A DNA stretch of 64,000 nt from Clostridia bacterium (lineage in GTDB: Bacteria; Bacillota; Clostridia; Oscillospirales; Acutalibacteraceae), in NCBI GenBank assembly GCA_017381035.1, contig JAFOCW010000047.1:1065-65064 (forward strand), in the 5' to 3' direction. The notes below the pieces were generated by a model. It saw nothing but the letters and a program-made list of their open reading frames with translations. It had not been told where the DNA came from and searched no databases. Each line of letters starts with the position of its first letter. Position 1 is the stretch's first letter. Both the position numbers and the translations under genes were made by a program. This document shows, in pieces, positions 54,932 through 64,000 of this stretch.

Positions 54932-56047
54932 TTATTCTTGTTCTTTTGGTTTGTCGCCGAATTTGTCTTTTAAAACCCGGTAAATTATTGCGGCCACAGG
55001 AACCGATAAAAGCATACCTAAAATGCCCATAAGTCCGCCGCCGACGGTAATTGCAACCAGTACCCAAATGGCAGGAAGGCCTACCGAAGTACCGACAACC
55101 TTGGGGTAAATGAGATTACCTTCGATTTGCTGAAGCACTATAATAAACACGATGAATATGAGCGCCTGAAGGGGCGAAACTGTGAATATCATAAATGCGG
55201 CTATGGTTCCGCCGATATAAGGTCCTGCGATAGGAACGAGCGAAGTAAAGGCAATAAGTGCGCTTATCATTGCGGCATAGGGCATTCCGAGCGCCCACAT
55301 ACCAAGACCGCAAAGCACGCCTAAAATTGCCGCTTCGGTGCACTGACCTATAATATAACCGCGGAAGGTTTTATTGGCAAGGGGTATTAAATATCTGAGC
55401 TTATTATAAACCGATGGCTTTAAAACCTTTTTAGCGGCACATTTTGCCTGCGAGCCAAGCTTTTCTTTGGAATAAAGCAGATAGAAAGAGAACATTATGC
55501 TTAAGAATGCAGTAAGGAAGCCGCCCACTACCGAAGAAACCACGTTAACAACGGTGCCAACTATGCTGCTTATGCCGTTTGTAATTTTGCCAAGGAAGTC
55601 GTTAACAATAGAGTTCCAGTCGATTTTAAGAAGGGAATCTGTAACGTTTTCGGGCAGAATTGCAAGCGCTTCAATTTCGGTAACAATATCTTTAAAGGCT
55701 TCGGGAATTTTTGTGAACAGCAGGCTTATACAAGAAGAAAGCTGCGGAAGCACAATTATTATAATAAGGGCAATTAAAGCAACAAGGCTTATCATTGCGG
55801 CCAAAAGACAAACAAGCCTTCTGGTTTTAAGTACAATTTTCTTTTGACTTTTGGGGAAATAAATGCGTTCATAAAGGCTCATTACCAGGTTTACAATATA
55901 GGCAATGGAGCAACCGATTATAAGGGGAACCAGTGCGGTAAGCACCGCAGAAAGCATTCCCGAAATTGCCGGCCAATAGTATATGCAAAGATAGGTTAAG
56001 AAAACACCAAGCCCTATTTTTGCAATGGTTTTAGCATCAATTTTCAT
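54932..56047 (-). CDS. AI-2E family (PerM/UPF0118) transporter
   Basis: Polytopic membrane protein with the typical C-terminal pattern (QQIEGNLIYPKVVG, GGLMGILGMLLSVP). Start moved to MKIDAKTIAK (ATG 56047-56045). Confidence 0.85.
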   Translation of the reverse strand: MKIDAKTIAKIGLGVFLTYLCIYYWPAISGMLSAVLTALVPLIIGCSIAYIVNLVMSLYERIYFPKSQKKIVLKTRRLVCLLAAMISLVALIALIIIIVLPQLSSCISLLFTKIPEAFKDIVTEIEALAILPENVTDSLLKIDWNSIVNDFLGKITNGISSIVGTVVNVVSSVVGGFLTAFLSIMFSFYLLYSKEKLGSQAKCAAKKVLKPSVYNKLRYLIPLANKTFRGYIIGQCTEAAILGVLCGLGMWALGMPYAAMISALIAFTSLVPIAGPYIGGTIAAFMIFTVSPLQALIFIVFIIVLQQIEGNLIYPKVVGTSVGLPAIWVLVAITVGGGLMGILGMLLSVPVAAIIYRVLKDKFGDKPKEQE

Positions 56048-56048
56048 T

Positions 56049-58049
56049 TTATTCGTCCTTTCCCAGCAAATATCCGTAATAATCTTTTTCAAGAATTTTT
56101 GTTGACATCTTAAATTTGTTATTTACCGCCGCAGACATGCTTTTAACGTATTCACGCTGTTCTTCTTGCGACCCAAACGATACGTCGCTGTGGGGTGTAA
56201 ACACACCCGTTACGGCATTGTATTTTCCTTTATTTGTTATAAAGGAGCGGTTGTTGAAAACAACAAGGTCTTCGGCGGTTGACATAATATCGTTACCCAT
56301 TAAAAGCCTTGAATCGTACTCGAAGCCAAAAAGGTTTAAAAGGGTTGGCAGTATATCAACCGAATAGCAGTATTTATTAACCGTTGGCGCATCTTTGGTA
56401 GACGGGCAATAAAGTAAGAAGCAACTTTCATAAAGTTCGAACTGGGTTTCTACCCCGTGGCCAAGCAGTTCTTCCCATATTGCGTATTTATTACCTTCGT
56501 CCCTTTCAAGCCCGTAAGGGTAGTGGTCGGGAGTAATGGCAATTACGGTTTTATCGGAGGCGCCTGCGGCTTCAAGCTTACTAAGCAGCTCTTGCACGGC
56601 AAGCTCGAGCTCTATGTTGCAGGCATAATATGCCTTTAAGGTATCGGAACAGGGCAGGTCTTTAACTTTGTCCCAGTGCTTGCTTGCCTGGAAGTTGCCC
56701 ATTTTTGTATAGTGAAGGTGTCCGCTTACCGTCATATAGTAGGCGTGGAAGGGTTCGCCCGTGCTTAAATATTCATGCGCAGAGCCCGAAACCATTTGAA
56801 AGTCTGACTGGGGCCACACCTTATCTACATACTGTTCTACACCGGTGCCCATACCCTTATAATTATACCCCATATTAGGATGCGAAAGGTCCCTATGGTA
56901 GTAGCTTGCGGTATTGTTGTGGTATGCAAAGGTATTGTTTACACCAATGCTTTTAAACATATTGCCAAGGCAAAAAGGCATATAGTTTTTGTGGGAACGG
57001 TAGAAGCTCCACACCCCCGATTTTGGTATAAGACCTGTGCAGGCGGTATATTCGCCGTCGGACGTGGATACGCCCCAAACGGGTGTATAAAAGTTATTGA
57101 ACTTAAAGCCTTCCTGCTGCATTTTATAAAGGGTTGGGGTAAGCACCGGGTCTATGGCGTAGGGCGAAAAACCTTCGGCCACAAACATTACAAGATTATA
57201 CCCCTTATACATACCGGTATATTCGTTTGTATATGTAGGCTCTTTTTCCGAAAAATATTCATTCATAAGCTTTAAATCTTTATCGGTTTCGGTTGCCTTT
57301 AAAGTTTCAAAGTCTATGTTAATAATTTGCGGAGTGTATACTACGGGTGTTTCTTCGGGGACAGGCTCGGGCTCGGGTTCGGGCGTTTCTTCTTCAAGCT
57401 CTAACTCCTGCTCTATTCCGAAGATGTTATAAGATATATCGAGCGCTTCGGTATGTATAAGGCCAAAGCGATTCATTGAAATATTGGTATCGAAAAGGCC
57501 CGACTGGGTAACCGACAAGGTTGGAAGCAGTGAAATTACGGCAACCGACAGTGCATAAATTGCTACCGAAAAGACGAAAGACAGGGCGGTTTTAAGCTTC
57601 CCTGTTTTTTTATGGCTTAAAAAGCGGTTTAAGGGTGTAAAAACCACAACCGCAGGAAGCGACAACAAAAGTATTGCAGGTATGCCGCTTGTTATGGCTT
57701 TAATGGTGTTATCGAGCATACCGTCCATCATAATTTGGTCGGCGCCGCCGGCCTTTAGCGAATAAACAATAAGGAAATTGTTGAAGACGCTGTAATATAT
57801 AATTTGTGTGGCGTAAAGCACGCCTAAAACTATTAAAACAATTCCCGAAGTGATTTTTGCGGCTTTTTTTGAAAGCAGTGTGCAAATGCCGTAAAGAAGC
57901 AGACCTGCCGAAACCGAAAAAAGAGTTATAAAGACAAGTCCAATATTAAAAAATTCGCCGCCTGTGAGCAACCTTAACACAAGTTCCATATATAAAACGG
58001 CAAACGGGTAAAACAGAGCAGTATTTATTTTTAGGTTTGCGGGCTGCAA
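56049..58049 (-). CDS. LTA-synthase-family sulfatase-domain protein (LtaS-like)
   Basis: Five N-terminal TM helices, a Pro/Glu linker and an extracellular sulfatase domain. Start uncertain: a TTG at 58049 lies behind a GGAGAG RBS, whereas the ORF track uses the GTG at 58079. Confidence 0.82.
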   Translation of the reverse strand: MQPANLKINTALFYPFAVLYMELVLRLLTGGEFFNIGLVFITLFSVSAGLLLYGICTLLSKKAAKITSGIVLIVLGVLYATQIIYYSVFNNFLIVYSLKAGGADQIMMDGMLDNTIKAITSGIPAILLLSLPAVVVFTPLNRFLSHKKTGKLKTALSFVFSVAIYALSVAVISLLPTLSVTQSGLFDTNISMNRFGLIHTEALDISYNIFGIEQELELEEETPEPEPEPVPEETPVVYTPQIINIDFETLKATETDKDLKLMNEYFSEKEPTYTNEYTGMYKGYNLVMFVAEGFSPYAIDPVLTPTLYKMQQEGFKFNNFYTPVWGVSTSDGEYTACTGLIPKSGVWSFYRSHKNYMPFCLGNMFKSIGVNNTFAYHNNTASYYHRDLSHPNMGYNYKGMGTGVEQYVDKVWPQSDFQMVSGSAHEYLSTGEPFHAYYMTVSGHLHYTKMGNFQASKHWDKVKDLPCSDTLKAYYACNIELELAVQELLSKLEAAGASDKTVIAITPDHYPYGLERDEGNKYAIWEELLGHGVETQFELYESCFLLYCPSTKDAPTVNKYCYSVDILPTLLNLFGFEYDSRLLMGNDIMSTAEDLVVFNNRSFITNKGKYNAVTGVFTPHSDVSFGSQEEQREYVKSMSAAVNNKFKMSTKILEKDYYGYLLGKDE

Positions 58050-58107
58050 AATTATCACTCTCCGAAAAAAGTATACCACTTTAGTCGATTATTGTCAATT
58101 AAACAGC

Positions 58108-58299
58108 CTAAAAGTAAAATTCCATATCAAAAAATTTTATATAATTCTCGCCTATCTGCACAGCGCTTCTTGTGTCTTCAAAAAGGGTGCTTTGCATGGC
58201 TTCATAAGTTTTGCAAAAGCCTAAATACATAGCCGTAAAGTAAAGAAGACACAAAAAGGTTATGCCTGCGCTTTTAAAAAATATTTTTACGTTTCTCAT
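58108..58299 (-). CDS. small single-TM protein (63 aa) translationally coupled to spoIIP, positional analogue of yqxA
   Basis: Its ATG overlaps the spoIIP TGA stop as ATGA (58299-58296). One hydrophobic helix (AGITFLCLLYFTAMYLGF). No recognisable motif. Confidence 0.5.
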   Translation of the reverse strand: MRNVKIFFKSAGITFLCLLYFTAMYLGFCKTYEAMQSTLFEDTRSAVQIGENYIKFFDMEFYF

Positions 58300-59339
58300 T
58301 TTAAGGTATTCAGAACGCCAAGCAGAGCGTTTCCTGCAAGCTCGGCGGAATACACGGCCTCCTCTAAGGTATTTGAATCGGTGCCTATTTCAAGTAGTAA
58401 CGACCCGTTTGTTAAATTTGTATTATATTTTCGTGAGCAAAGCAGCATTGCCCTTGCAAGACCGGGGTACATGGCTTCCATTGTTTGCTGAAAGCGAAGG
58501 GCCAAACGGAAATTTTGCTTCCAGTTCGGGAAGTCGGTAACGCTACCCGACTGACTGCCCACAACAAGCATTACCTGCGCCGCCTTTTTGCCGTTTATTT
58601 CCCGCGTGGGTTTGCATTTGGCGCTTCCGTCCATTGCAATAGAATCACGGTGAATATCTACCACTACCTTTATTGACGGATATTTCTTTAAATATTCAGT
58701 TATTGTTGTTTTTGCTCGTGAATAGCTTTGGTTATACGACGGCGAATCGTGGTGGGTTTTGTCGTGCAGTACCGTAATTCCGCCTTCGCTCAGCACCGAC
58801 GCCAATTTTTCGCCCACAAGCACAACGTTTTTATTGTCATCGTCGTTTCGGGGGGTATCGGCGGCGGTATAAAAATCACGGTCTTCGCTCATATAGCTTT
58901 CGGTAGAATGGGTATGAACTATAAGCACTTCGGGCTCGGACGTTTTGTTCATTTTAAAGGAAAGTGCCGTTTCAAGCTCGGCTTTTATGTCTACGCTAAG
59001 GCCCGAAGAATTTTTAATATATACTCCACCATAGTTTAGTTTTTGACCGTAGGGCGATAAAAATTGCTCGTATATTTTGCCAATTGCATCTGACGGGTCG
59101 GCTAAAACGGGCACGGTGGCTTCGGTTTGGGTTTGAGTTTCAGTCTTAGGCGGCTCTACTGTAGGCGCAAAGGGTTTTACGGCTGTGCTGTTTTTAAGCG
59201 GAAAGGCGCCTGCCGAAAAATCTGAGCCATCAAAATTTGCAGTTATTTGAGCCGCACCCGAAAACAGAGTGCCTATTATAGTTATTAAACAAAGCGACAA
59301 AGAAAATGCAAGGGGTAAAACACTTGTTATTTTTTTCAT
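58296..59339 (-). CDS. spoIIP: stage II sporulation protein P (amidase/endopeptidase for engulfment)
   Basis: Signature VLIVHTHSTESY...DIHRD...LLEIG typical of SpoIIP, with an N-terminal TM. Start moved to MKKITSVL (ATG 59339-59337) with an AAGGAG RBS. Confidence 0.88.
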   Translation of the reverse strand: MKKITSVLPLAFSLSLCLITIIGTLFSGAAQITANFDGSDFSAGAFPLKNSTAVKPFAPTVEPPKTETQTQTEATVPVLADPSDAIGKIYEQFLSPYGQKLNYGGVYIKNSSGLSVDIKAELETALSFKMNKTSEPEVLIVHTHSTESYMSEDRDFYTAADTPRNDDDNKNVVLVGEKLASVLSEGGITVLHDKTHHDSPSYNQSYSRAKTTITEYLKKYPSIKVVVDIHRDSIAMDGSAKCKPTREINGKKAAQVMLVVGSQSGSVTDFPNWKQNFRLALRFQQTMEAMYPGLARAMLLCSRKYNTNLTNGSLLLEIGTDSNTLEEAVYSAELAGNALLGVLNTLK

Positions 59340-59406
59340 AAATTGCACTCCTTTCACTCTTTTATATATATGAAAGAGGCACTCAAATTATTTATACAAA
59401 AAAAAC

Positions 59407-59435
59407 TTGCATTTTCGGATTGTTTGTGGTAATAT
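59407..59435 (+). promoter_or_regulatory. putative sigma-A promoter of rpsT (extended -10)
   Basis: TTGCAT (59407-59412), 17-nt spacer containing TG, TAATAT (59430-59435). The leader contains a small hairpin GGCGC...GCGCC (59456-59474). Confidence 0.5.
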
Positions 59436-59494
59436 ACTAAGTGCTCTAACTATAGGCGCTATTTTGGTGCGCCAATTTAAAGGGAGGTGTAACG

Positions 59495-59758
59495 ATGCCC
59501 AACATTAAATCTGCAAAAAAACGTGTATTAGTAAGTGCCGCTAACTACGAGCGCAACAAGGCTTACCGTTCAGGTTTACGTACCGCTATCAAAAAGGCTA
59601 ATGCCGCTATCGATTCCGGTGCAGCTGATATGGACGCCGCTGTTAAGGTTGCTGTTAAGAAGATTGACCAGGCTACCGCTAAGGGAATTCTTCACAAGAA
59701 CACTGCCGGCAGAAAGAAGTCTGCTCTTGTAAATAGCCTTAATAAAGCAAAGGCTTAA
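59495..59758 (+). CDS. rpsT: 30S ribosomal protein S20
   Basis: MPNIKSAKKRV... signature, 87 aa, GGGAGG RBS. Confidence 0.95.
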   Translation: MPNIKSAKKRVLVSAANYERNKAYRSGLRTAIKKANAAIDSGAADMDAAVKVAVKKIDQATAKGILHKNTAGRKKSALVNSLNKAKA

Positions 59759-59770
59759 TTGTCGAATGCT

Positions 59771-59849
59771 CAGGTGGTAGTAGTTTCACTACCACCTGTA
59801 TAGACAATTTACTAATCAGCTACACCGTATTTTTACGGTGTATTTTTTT
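59771..59849 (+). terminator. rpsT 3' hairpins (structured hairpin plus canonical intrinsic terminator)
   Basis: CAGGTGGTAGT-AGTTTC-ACTACCACCTG (59771-59798) has no U-tract. ACACCGTA-TTTT-TACGGTGT (59822-59841) is followed by ATTTTTTT. Confidence 0.7.
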
Positions 59850-59889
59850 ATATAAAAATTTAAAGCCACGGAAACTTCCGTGGCTTTAT

Positions 59890-60381
59890 TTATATGAAAT
59901 ACTGAACTATACCAACTATAAGACCAAGCGCAAGGCCTGCGACAACGTCCTTTATAAAATGCACCCCGAAGGCCACCCTTAGCACAGCAATAAGCAGCGC
60001 TAAAACAAAAAGCACTATGCCAAGCGGTAAATTTATTACCGAAATGCTTACCGCTATAACCGCCGCCGAAAAACAGTGGCGGCTTGGCATTGATTTGCCC
60101 GGGCTGTTTTTATTAATCAGCGGTGTAATACTATAAACCTGGTAGGGACGTGGCGCATTGTAAAGGTGTCTGAAAATACTTACGGCCAAAAAGCCTGCGC
60201 CGCAGACCAACATGCTTTTAAGCCAGAAGCCGTGTTTCAGCATAAACAAGGCACCTAAAAATATGGGGTAGGTAAAATATATTAAAATTTCTGCGCCCTT
60301 TTGCGCAAATATTGCGGCAACTTTTAATTTTGGGCGAGCGTCAAAAAAGTTTTTGGCGGCAATATAGCCTTCTTTTTTCAT
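59890..60381 (-). CDS. PAP2-family membrane phosphatase
   Basis: PAP2 motifs: RP (NAPRPY), PSxH (MPSRH) and Rx5Hx3D (RVAFGVHFIKD). 163 aa, polytopic. Confidence 0.85.
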   Translation of the reverse strand: MKKEGYIAAKNFFDARPKLKVAAIFAQKGAEILIYFTYPIFLGALFMLKHGFWLKSMLVCGAGFLAVSIFRHLYNAPRPYQVYSITPLINKNSPGKSMPSRHCFSAAVIAVSISVINLPLGIVLFVLALLIAVLRVAFGVHFIKDVVAGLALGLIVGIVQYFI

Positions 60382-60382
60382 T

Positions 60383-60877
60383 TTAGTCCTCTTTTATAAT
60401 TTCTGTGTTGTAAAAACGGACACTAAGCCGTTTTTCCTTTAGTTCAAGCATTTGGGGAATCCCCGTTGGCGAAAAGGTTAAGCTGTATTTAAGCCCTTCG
60501 ACCTCGCCCGTAAGGGTGCCGTCTTTATCTGCGGCGGCTTCGGGCGTGTTAATTACGTTTAAAAGGGGTAAATAAAAGGCAAAAACCGTGCTTGAAAAGG
60601 GCAAGGTTGCTTCGTTGGCGGTATAGGTAAGCCCCAAATATTCGGCGGTAATGCCCTTGCTTGTTACCGTTAAGGTTAAGCCTTCAAGCGCTTCGGGTTC
60701 TTTCATTTCGGCAACCAGAGTAGCATCTTTTAGTATTTTTGCATCCATTACGTAAAGCTCGTTATAATATGAAAGCTCGGCCGTAAAAGAAAGCTCGGTA
60801 AGTTTTGGTGTGATTTGCCCACCCGAACAAGAGCAAAGGCAAAATATGGCAAGCAAGACCGAAATTATTTTTTTCAA
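60383..60877 (-). CDS. lipoprotein of unknown function
   Basis: Signal peptide with lipobox LCSCSG, 164 aa, no recognised motif. Confidence 0.6.
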   Translation of the reverse strand: MKKIISVLLAIFCLCSCSGGQITPKLTELSFTAELSYYNELYVMDAKILKDATLVAEMKEPEALEGLTLTVTSKGITAEYLGLTYTANEATLPFSSTVFAFYLPLLNVINTPEAAADKDGTLTGEVEGLKYSLTFSPTGIPQMLELKEKRLSVRFYNTEIIKED

Positions 60878-60922
60878 GAAAACCGCCTCCTACTGTTTTA
60901 AGAGTATCAAGGCAGAGTCTGT

Positions 60923-62407
60923 TTACAGAAAGTAGTGAAGCGAACCGATAACGTCGCTTGGAAGCATTGCCCTTTCGCCCAAAAGTTCTTTGGCTTTGTC
61001 CCCTGCGGCTGCATGAAGCCATACTGCAGAGGTGGCGGCTTCATACGGCTTTAATCCCATAGCTAAAAGGGCGGTTAATATTCCGCTTAGCACGTCACCG
61101 CTTCCGGCCGAAGCCAGACCCGGATTTCCGTTTGTGCCGACCGTAAGCCTGCCCGAAGGCGAAGCAATAATTGTGTTTGCTCCCTTAAGTACCGTGTAAA
61201 CTCCATACTCCCGTGAAAAATCACACGCTACCTTAAAACGATTTGCTTCCACCGTGGCGGTGTCGGTTTTAATAAGCCGTGCCATTTCGGCAGGGTGCGG
61301 AGTAATAATTACGGGCGCCTTGACATTCTTAAGTAATTGTATGTCGAGCGAGGCCGCATTTATGCCATCGGCATCTAAAACAACGGGAACATCTGATTTT
61401 TCCAGCAGTGTTGCAATTATTTTTTTGGTATCTTCATTTACCGAAAGACCGCAACCAATAAGCAGGGCCGATGCGCTTTTTAATGCATCGGTTAAACGGT
61501 CGATATCCCTGTACCTATAGGTTTTGCCGCCCGATTTTAAGGGAAGCAAAATAGCTTCGGGAACAGATACGGCAAGTGCCGTATAGTTTTCTTCTATGCA
61601 GGCGACCTTTAAAAGCCCTACACCCGTTCGAAGCGCCGCCTTTGCCGAAAGAATTGCCGCACCCGACATACCGTAGCTGCCCGTTACCGTAAGGGCGGTG
61701 CCAAAGGTATTTTTGTGGCAGGTTTTGGGGCGCTTTTCGAAAATGGGCCTTTCGTTCTCTTTAATTTTTGCGCCTGCAGAAACAAGCTGTTCTTCCGAAA
61801 TACCAATATCAAGGCAGACAACATTACCGCAGACGTCGGCGCTTTTTGGCAGAACGTGGCAAAGTTTTTTTGCCGCAAAGGTAAGGGTGCAGTCGGTTTT
61901 AAGGGCGGAAGCGTAGCCTTTACCGTTATCGCACTCAAGTCCGCTTGGTATATCTACCGCATAGTTTGATTTTTTTGCCGCAGTGAAAATGTCTTGCACC
62001 TTTCCCGACGGGGCTTCGCCGCCGAAACCGGTGCCAAAAACGGCGTCTATAATAACATCGAAACTGTTAATTTCGGCTACCGCTTCATCAGTAGCCAAAA
62101 CGGCAACCTTTTTGTCCATTTGCGAAAAGGCTTTTTTAGAAATATCGGTTGCAGGGTCGCCAAGCGGTAGGGTTACAAAAACCTTTGCGCCTGCCGCTAA
62201 AATGTGGGACGCCATAACAAAACCGTCGCCGCCGTTGTTGCCCTTGCCGCAAATTATTAAAACCTTTTTGCCCGAAACGTTATTATCTTTAATTATATAG
62301 TCGGCCGCGGCCGCACCTGCATTTTGCATAAGGGCAAAAAACGAAGTGCCCGAACTGTTTGCCAGACCTTCAGCCAACTGCATTGTGGCTTTATCTACAA
62401 CATACAT
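60923..62407 (-). CDS. nnr: bifunctional NAD(P)H-hydrate epimerase / ADP-dependent dehydratase
   Basis: N-terminal YjeF_N (GKGNNGGDG) and C-terminal carbohydrate-kinase-like domain (GSGDVLSG), 494 aa. Confidence 0.92.
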   Translation of the reverse strand: MYVVDKATMQLAEGLANSSGTSFFALMQNAGAAAADYIIKDNNVSGKKVLIICGKGNNGGDGFVMASHILAAGAKVFVTLPLGDPATDISKKAFSQMDKKVAVLATDEAVAEINSFDVIIDAVFGTGFGGEAPSGKVQDIFTAAKKSNYAVDIPSGLECDNGKGYASALKTDCTLTFAAKKLCHVLPKSADVCGNVVCLDIGISEEQLVSAGAKIKENERPIFEKRPKTCHKNTFGTALTVTGSYGMSGAAILSAKAALRTGVGLLKVACIEENYTALAVSVPEAILLPLKSGGKTYRYRDIDRLTDALKSASALLIGCGLSVNEDTKKIIATLLEKSDVPVVLDADGINAASLDIQLLKNVKAPVIITPHPAEMARLIKTDTATVEANRFKVACDFSREYGVYTVLKGANTIIASPSGRLTVGTNGNPGLASAGSGDVLSGILTALLAMGLKPYEAATSAVWLHAAAGDKAKELLGERAMLPSDVIGSLHYFL

Positions 62408-62436
62408 ACGGACACCTCCAGTGTTTGTTATTTATT

Positions 62437-62934
62437 CTATTTTGCAAGGCGGGGAATGGCTTTTTCAAGCTCGGTACGAATTCTGTCGTTCGGTGCTAAA
62501 ACTATCATAACCATGCCCTGATTTCTGTCTTTGGCAATAAGGTAAACCTGACCTTCACTATCGGGGTTGCAGAAAATGTATGTTGCCTTTACCGAGCCGG
62601 GTGCAGGCTGACCTTGATATACGCCGTACTTTTCAACTTCGCTGCACTTTATGGAAACAATGCGCTTTCTGTTGCTTTTGGCAACGATTTTATCGACGTC
62701 GAGGTCGCCGTTGGTGTAAATATATTCGTATTCAATACTAAGAAGTGAAATAAGCTTATAGCCGCCGTAAATTGCAGCTGCAATAACTAAAAGCATAATT
62801 GTAGGAGCAAGATAAAGTGAAAGATAAAACAAAACGCAAACAAGCAATGCATCGACAGCAATTATTGCGGTTATAATGGCTTTTACCTTACCCGTTAATT
62901 TAATTTTTATAATCTGTTCAAAAAAAGTGTCCAT
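62437..62934 (-). CDS. membrane protein of unknown function (two TM helices plus soluble C-terminal domain)
   Basis: 165-aa ORF with good periodicity and two hydrophobic helices near the N-terminus. No motif recognised. Confidence 0.55.
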   Translation of the reverse strand: MDTFFEQIIKIKLTGKVKAIITAIIAVDALLVCVLFYLSLYLAPTIMLLVIAAAIYGGYKLISLLSIEYEYIYTNGDLDVDKIVAKSNRKRIVSIKCSEVEKYGVYQGQPAPGSVKATYIFCNPDSEGQVYLIAKDRNQGMVMIVLAPNDRIRTELEKAIPRLAK

Positions 62935-63072
62935 TTTTAACTCCGTAATTTTTATTTTAAGTAATTATACCACAAAAAACCAAATCTCGCAACAAGGTTT
63001 AATAATTTAATATTGAAAAAGAATAAAAAGAGTTGTATTATTAGGTTGCAGAACAAATGCGAGGTTATGCTT

Positions 63073-63828
63073 ATGGAAAAATCTCTTGAAATTATAATGG
63101 ACATTGGCGAGCAAATGCTGCTTTCGGGCGCAGAAATAAGCCGTATTGAAGAATCGGTTTTGCGCCTTGGCGAAGCCCTTGGGGCAAAGCGCACCGACGC
63201 CTTTATTATTACTTCCAATATGGAAGTTTCACTTCACGATGAAAAGGGTGTAAACTACACCCAGACAAGACGTGTTTCAAACATTGGCACAGATATTGAA
63301 AAACTTCACCGTTTAAACGCGCTTATAAGAAAAATATGCTACGGCAACATAACCCACGAAGAAATTGAAGCCCAGCTTGAAAAAATCAAAACCAGCAAGG
63401 CCTACCCCTTCGGCGTTATTTTGCTTGCCTACGGTCTTATTTCGGGCGCCTTTACCCTTTTCTTTGGCGGCGGAATTGTTGAAGCCGTGTGCTCGGTTAT
63501 TATTGGTTTTGTGCTCGCTTTTATTGTTAAGGGTACAGAGCTCGGGGCGCTTAACAAAATTTTTGCTAAGTTCTTTTGCTCCTTCGCTTCGGCTCTGCTG
63601 GCCTTCGTTTGCCTGAAATTCGGCATTGTTTCAACCGTTGACCACATTATTATAGGAAACATAATGCTTATTATTCCCGGTGTTGGCCTTACGGTTGCCA
63701 TAAGGGACCTTTTTGTTGGCGACAACCTTTCGGGCGCACTTCGCAGTATTGAGGTTGTGCTTTTTGCCTTTGCAATTGCAGGCGGCTACTTCCTTGCGGC
63801 AGGAATTATGGGAGGTGGCGCTATATGA
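63073..63828 (+). CDS. threonine/serine exporter family protein (ThrE N-type, DUF1212)
   Basis: Pattern GEQMLLSGAEISRIEESV...GNIMLIIPGVGLT..IRDL is typical of DUF1212. ATG at 63073 lies 7 nt after a GAGGT RBS. The ORF-track TTG at 63013 is unlikely. Confidence 0.82.
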   Translation: MEKSLEIIMDIGEQMLLSGAEISRIEESVLRLGEALGAKRTDAFIITSNMEVSLHDEKGVNYTQTRRVSNIGTDIEKLHRLNALIRKICYGNITHEEIEAQLEKIKTSKAYPFGVILLAYGLISGAFTLFFGGGIVEAVCSVIIGFVLAFIVKGTELGALNKIFAKFFCSFASALLAFVCLKFGIVSTVDHIIIGNIMLIIPGVGLTVAIRDLFVGDNLSGALRSIEVVLFAFAIAGGYFLAAGIMGGGAI

Positions 63829-64000
63829 CGGCATTAATTCAAATTATTACGGGTTGTCTTGGCTCGGCAGGCTTTGCACTGCTTTATAACATTCGTGGAA
63901 AAAGGTTTGTTTTTGCGGCCTTGGGCGGACTTTTGGCAATTCTTTTTTACATATTGTTCGGCCTTATTATAGAAAACGAAATTCTTAATTATTTCATTTG
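63825..64000 (+). CDS. threonine/serine exporter family protein (ThrE C-type, DUF3815), 5' part only
   Basis: Its ATG overlaps the previous stop (ATGA at 63825-63828). My translation MTALIQIITGCLGSAGFALLYNIRGKRFVFAALGGLL is the usual start of the partner subunit. Truncated by the window edge. Confidence 0.7.
   Translation, partial: MTALIQIITGCLGSAGFALLYNIRGKRFVFAALGGLLAILFYILFGLIIENEILNYFI

Noticed and set aside
1-64000. CRISPR arrays, rRNA operons, IS elements, integrases, prophage or classical defence gene clusters
   Set aside because: I saw no regularly spaced repeats, no 16S/23S/5S-like sequence and no transposase, recombinase, restriction or cas-like ORFs in any frame. The only tandem or direct repeats are those reported above (LRR units, the PETP 12-mers and the 52-bp direct repeat).

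Overview
This 64-kb window looks like a chromosomal segment of a spore-forming Firmicute. The Clostridia-like assignment is an inference from gene content and order. Most of it is tightly packed housekeeping operons on the minus strand. These include argH, radC, gpsA-plsY-der-DUF512, rpmF, pgi and mnmA. They also include the complete spoIIIAA-AH sporulation operon, mscL, greA, comEC-holA and alaS. Further along are pfkA-dnaE-whiA-murB-glcK-hprK, ychF, alr, rsmI, degV, ltaS, spoIIP, rpsT and nnr. There is one tRNA-Ser(GGA). I saw no rRNA gene, no CRISPR array and no transposase, integrase or phage ORF. I did not find a convincing multi-gene novel system. The clearest accessory feature is a ~1.25-kb single-gene HTH-Fic cassette with its own promoter. 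It is bracketed by perfect 52-bp direct repeats and sits exactly at the stop codon of the asp23-family gene. Secondary leads:
- a ~150-bp GC-rich, hairpin-dense element bounded by inverted TGTAGGG ends (459-612), with a shorter relative at 37124-37150
- an unassigned block of iteron-like and palindromic motifs upstream of a 3D-domain cell-wall gene
- a WYL regulator translationally nested in a PRT-comEC-holA-toprim operon
- murB-whiA-dnaE coupling without rapZ/yvcK
- several conserved proteins of unknown function

Many ORF-track entries carry spurious N-terminal extensions. I moved those starts to the ATG/GTG/TTG that has a Shine-Dalgarno sequence.
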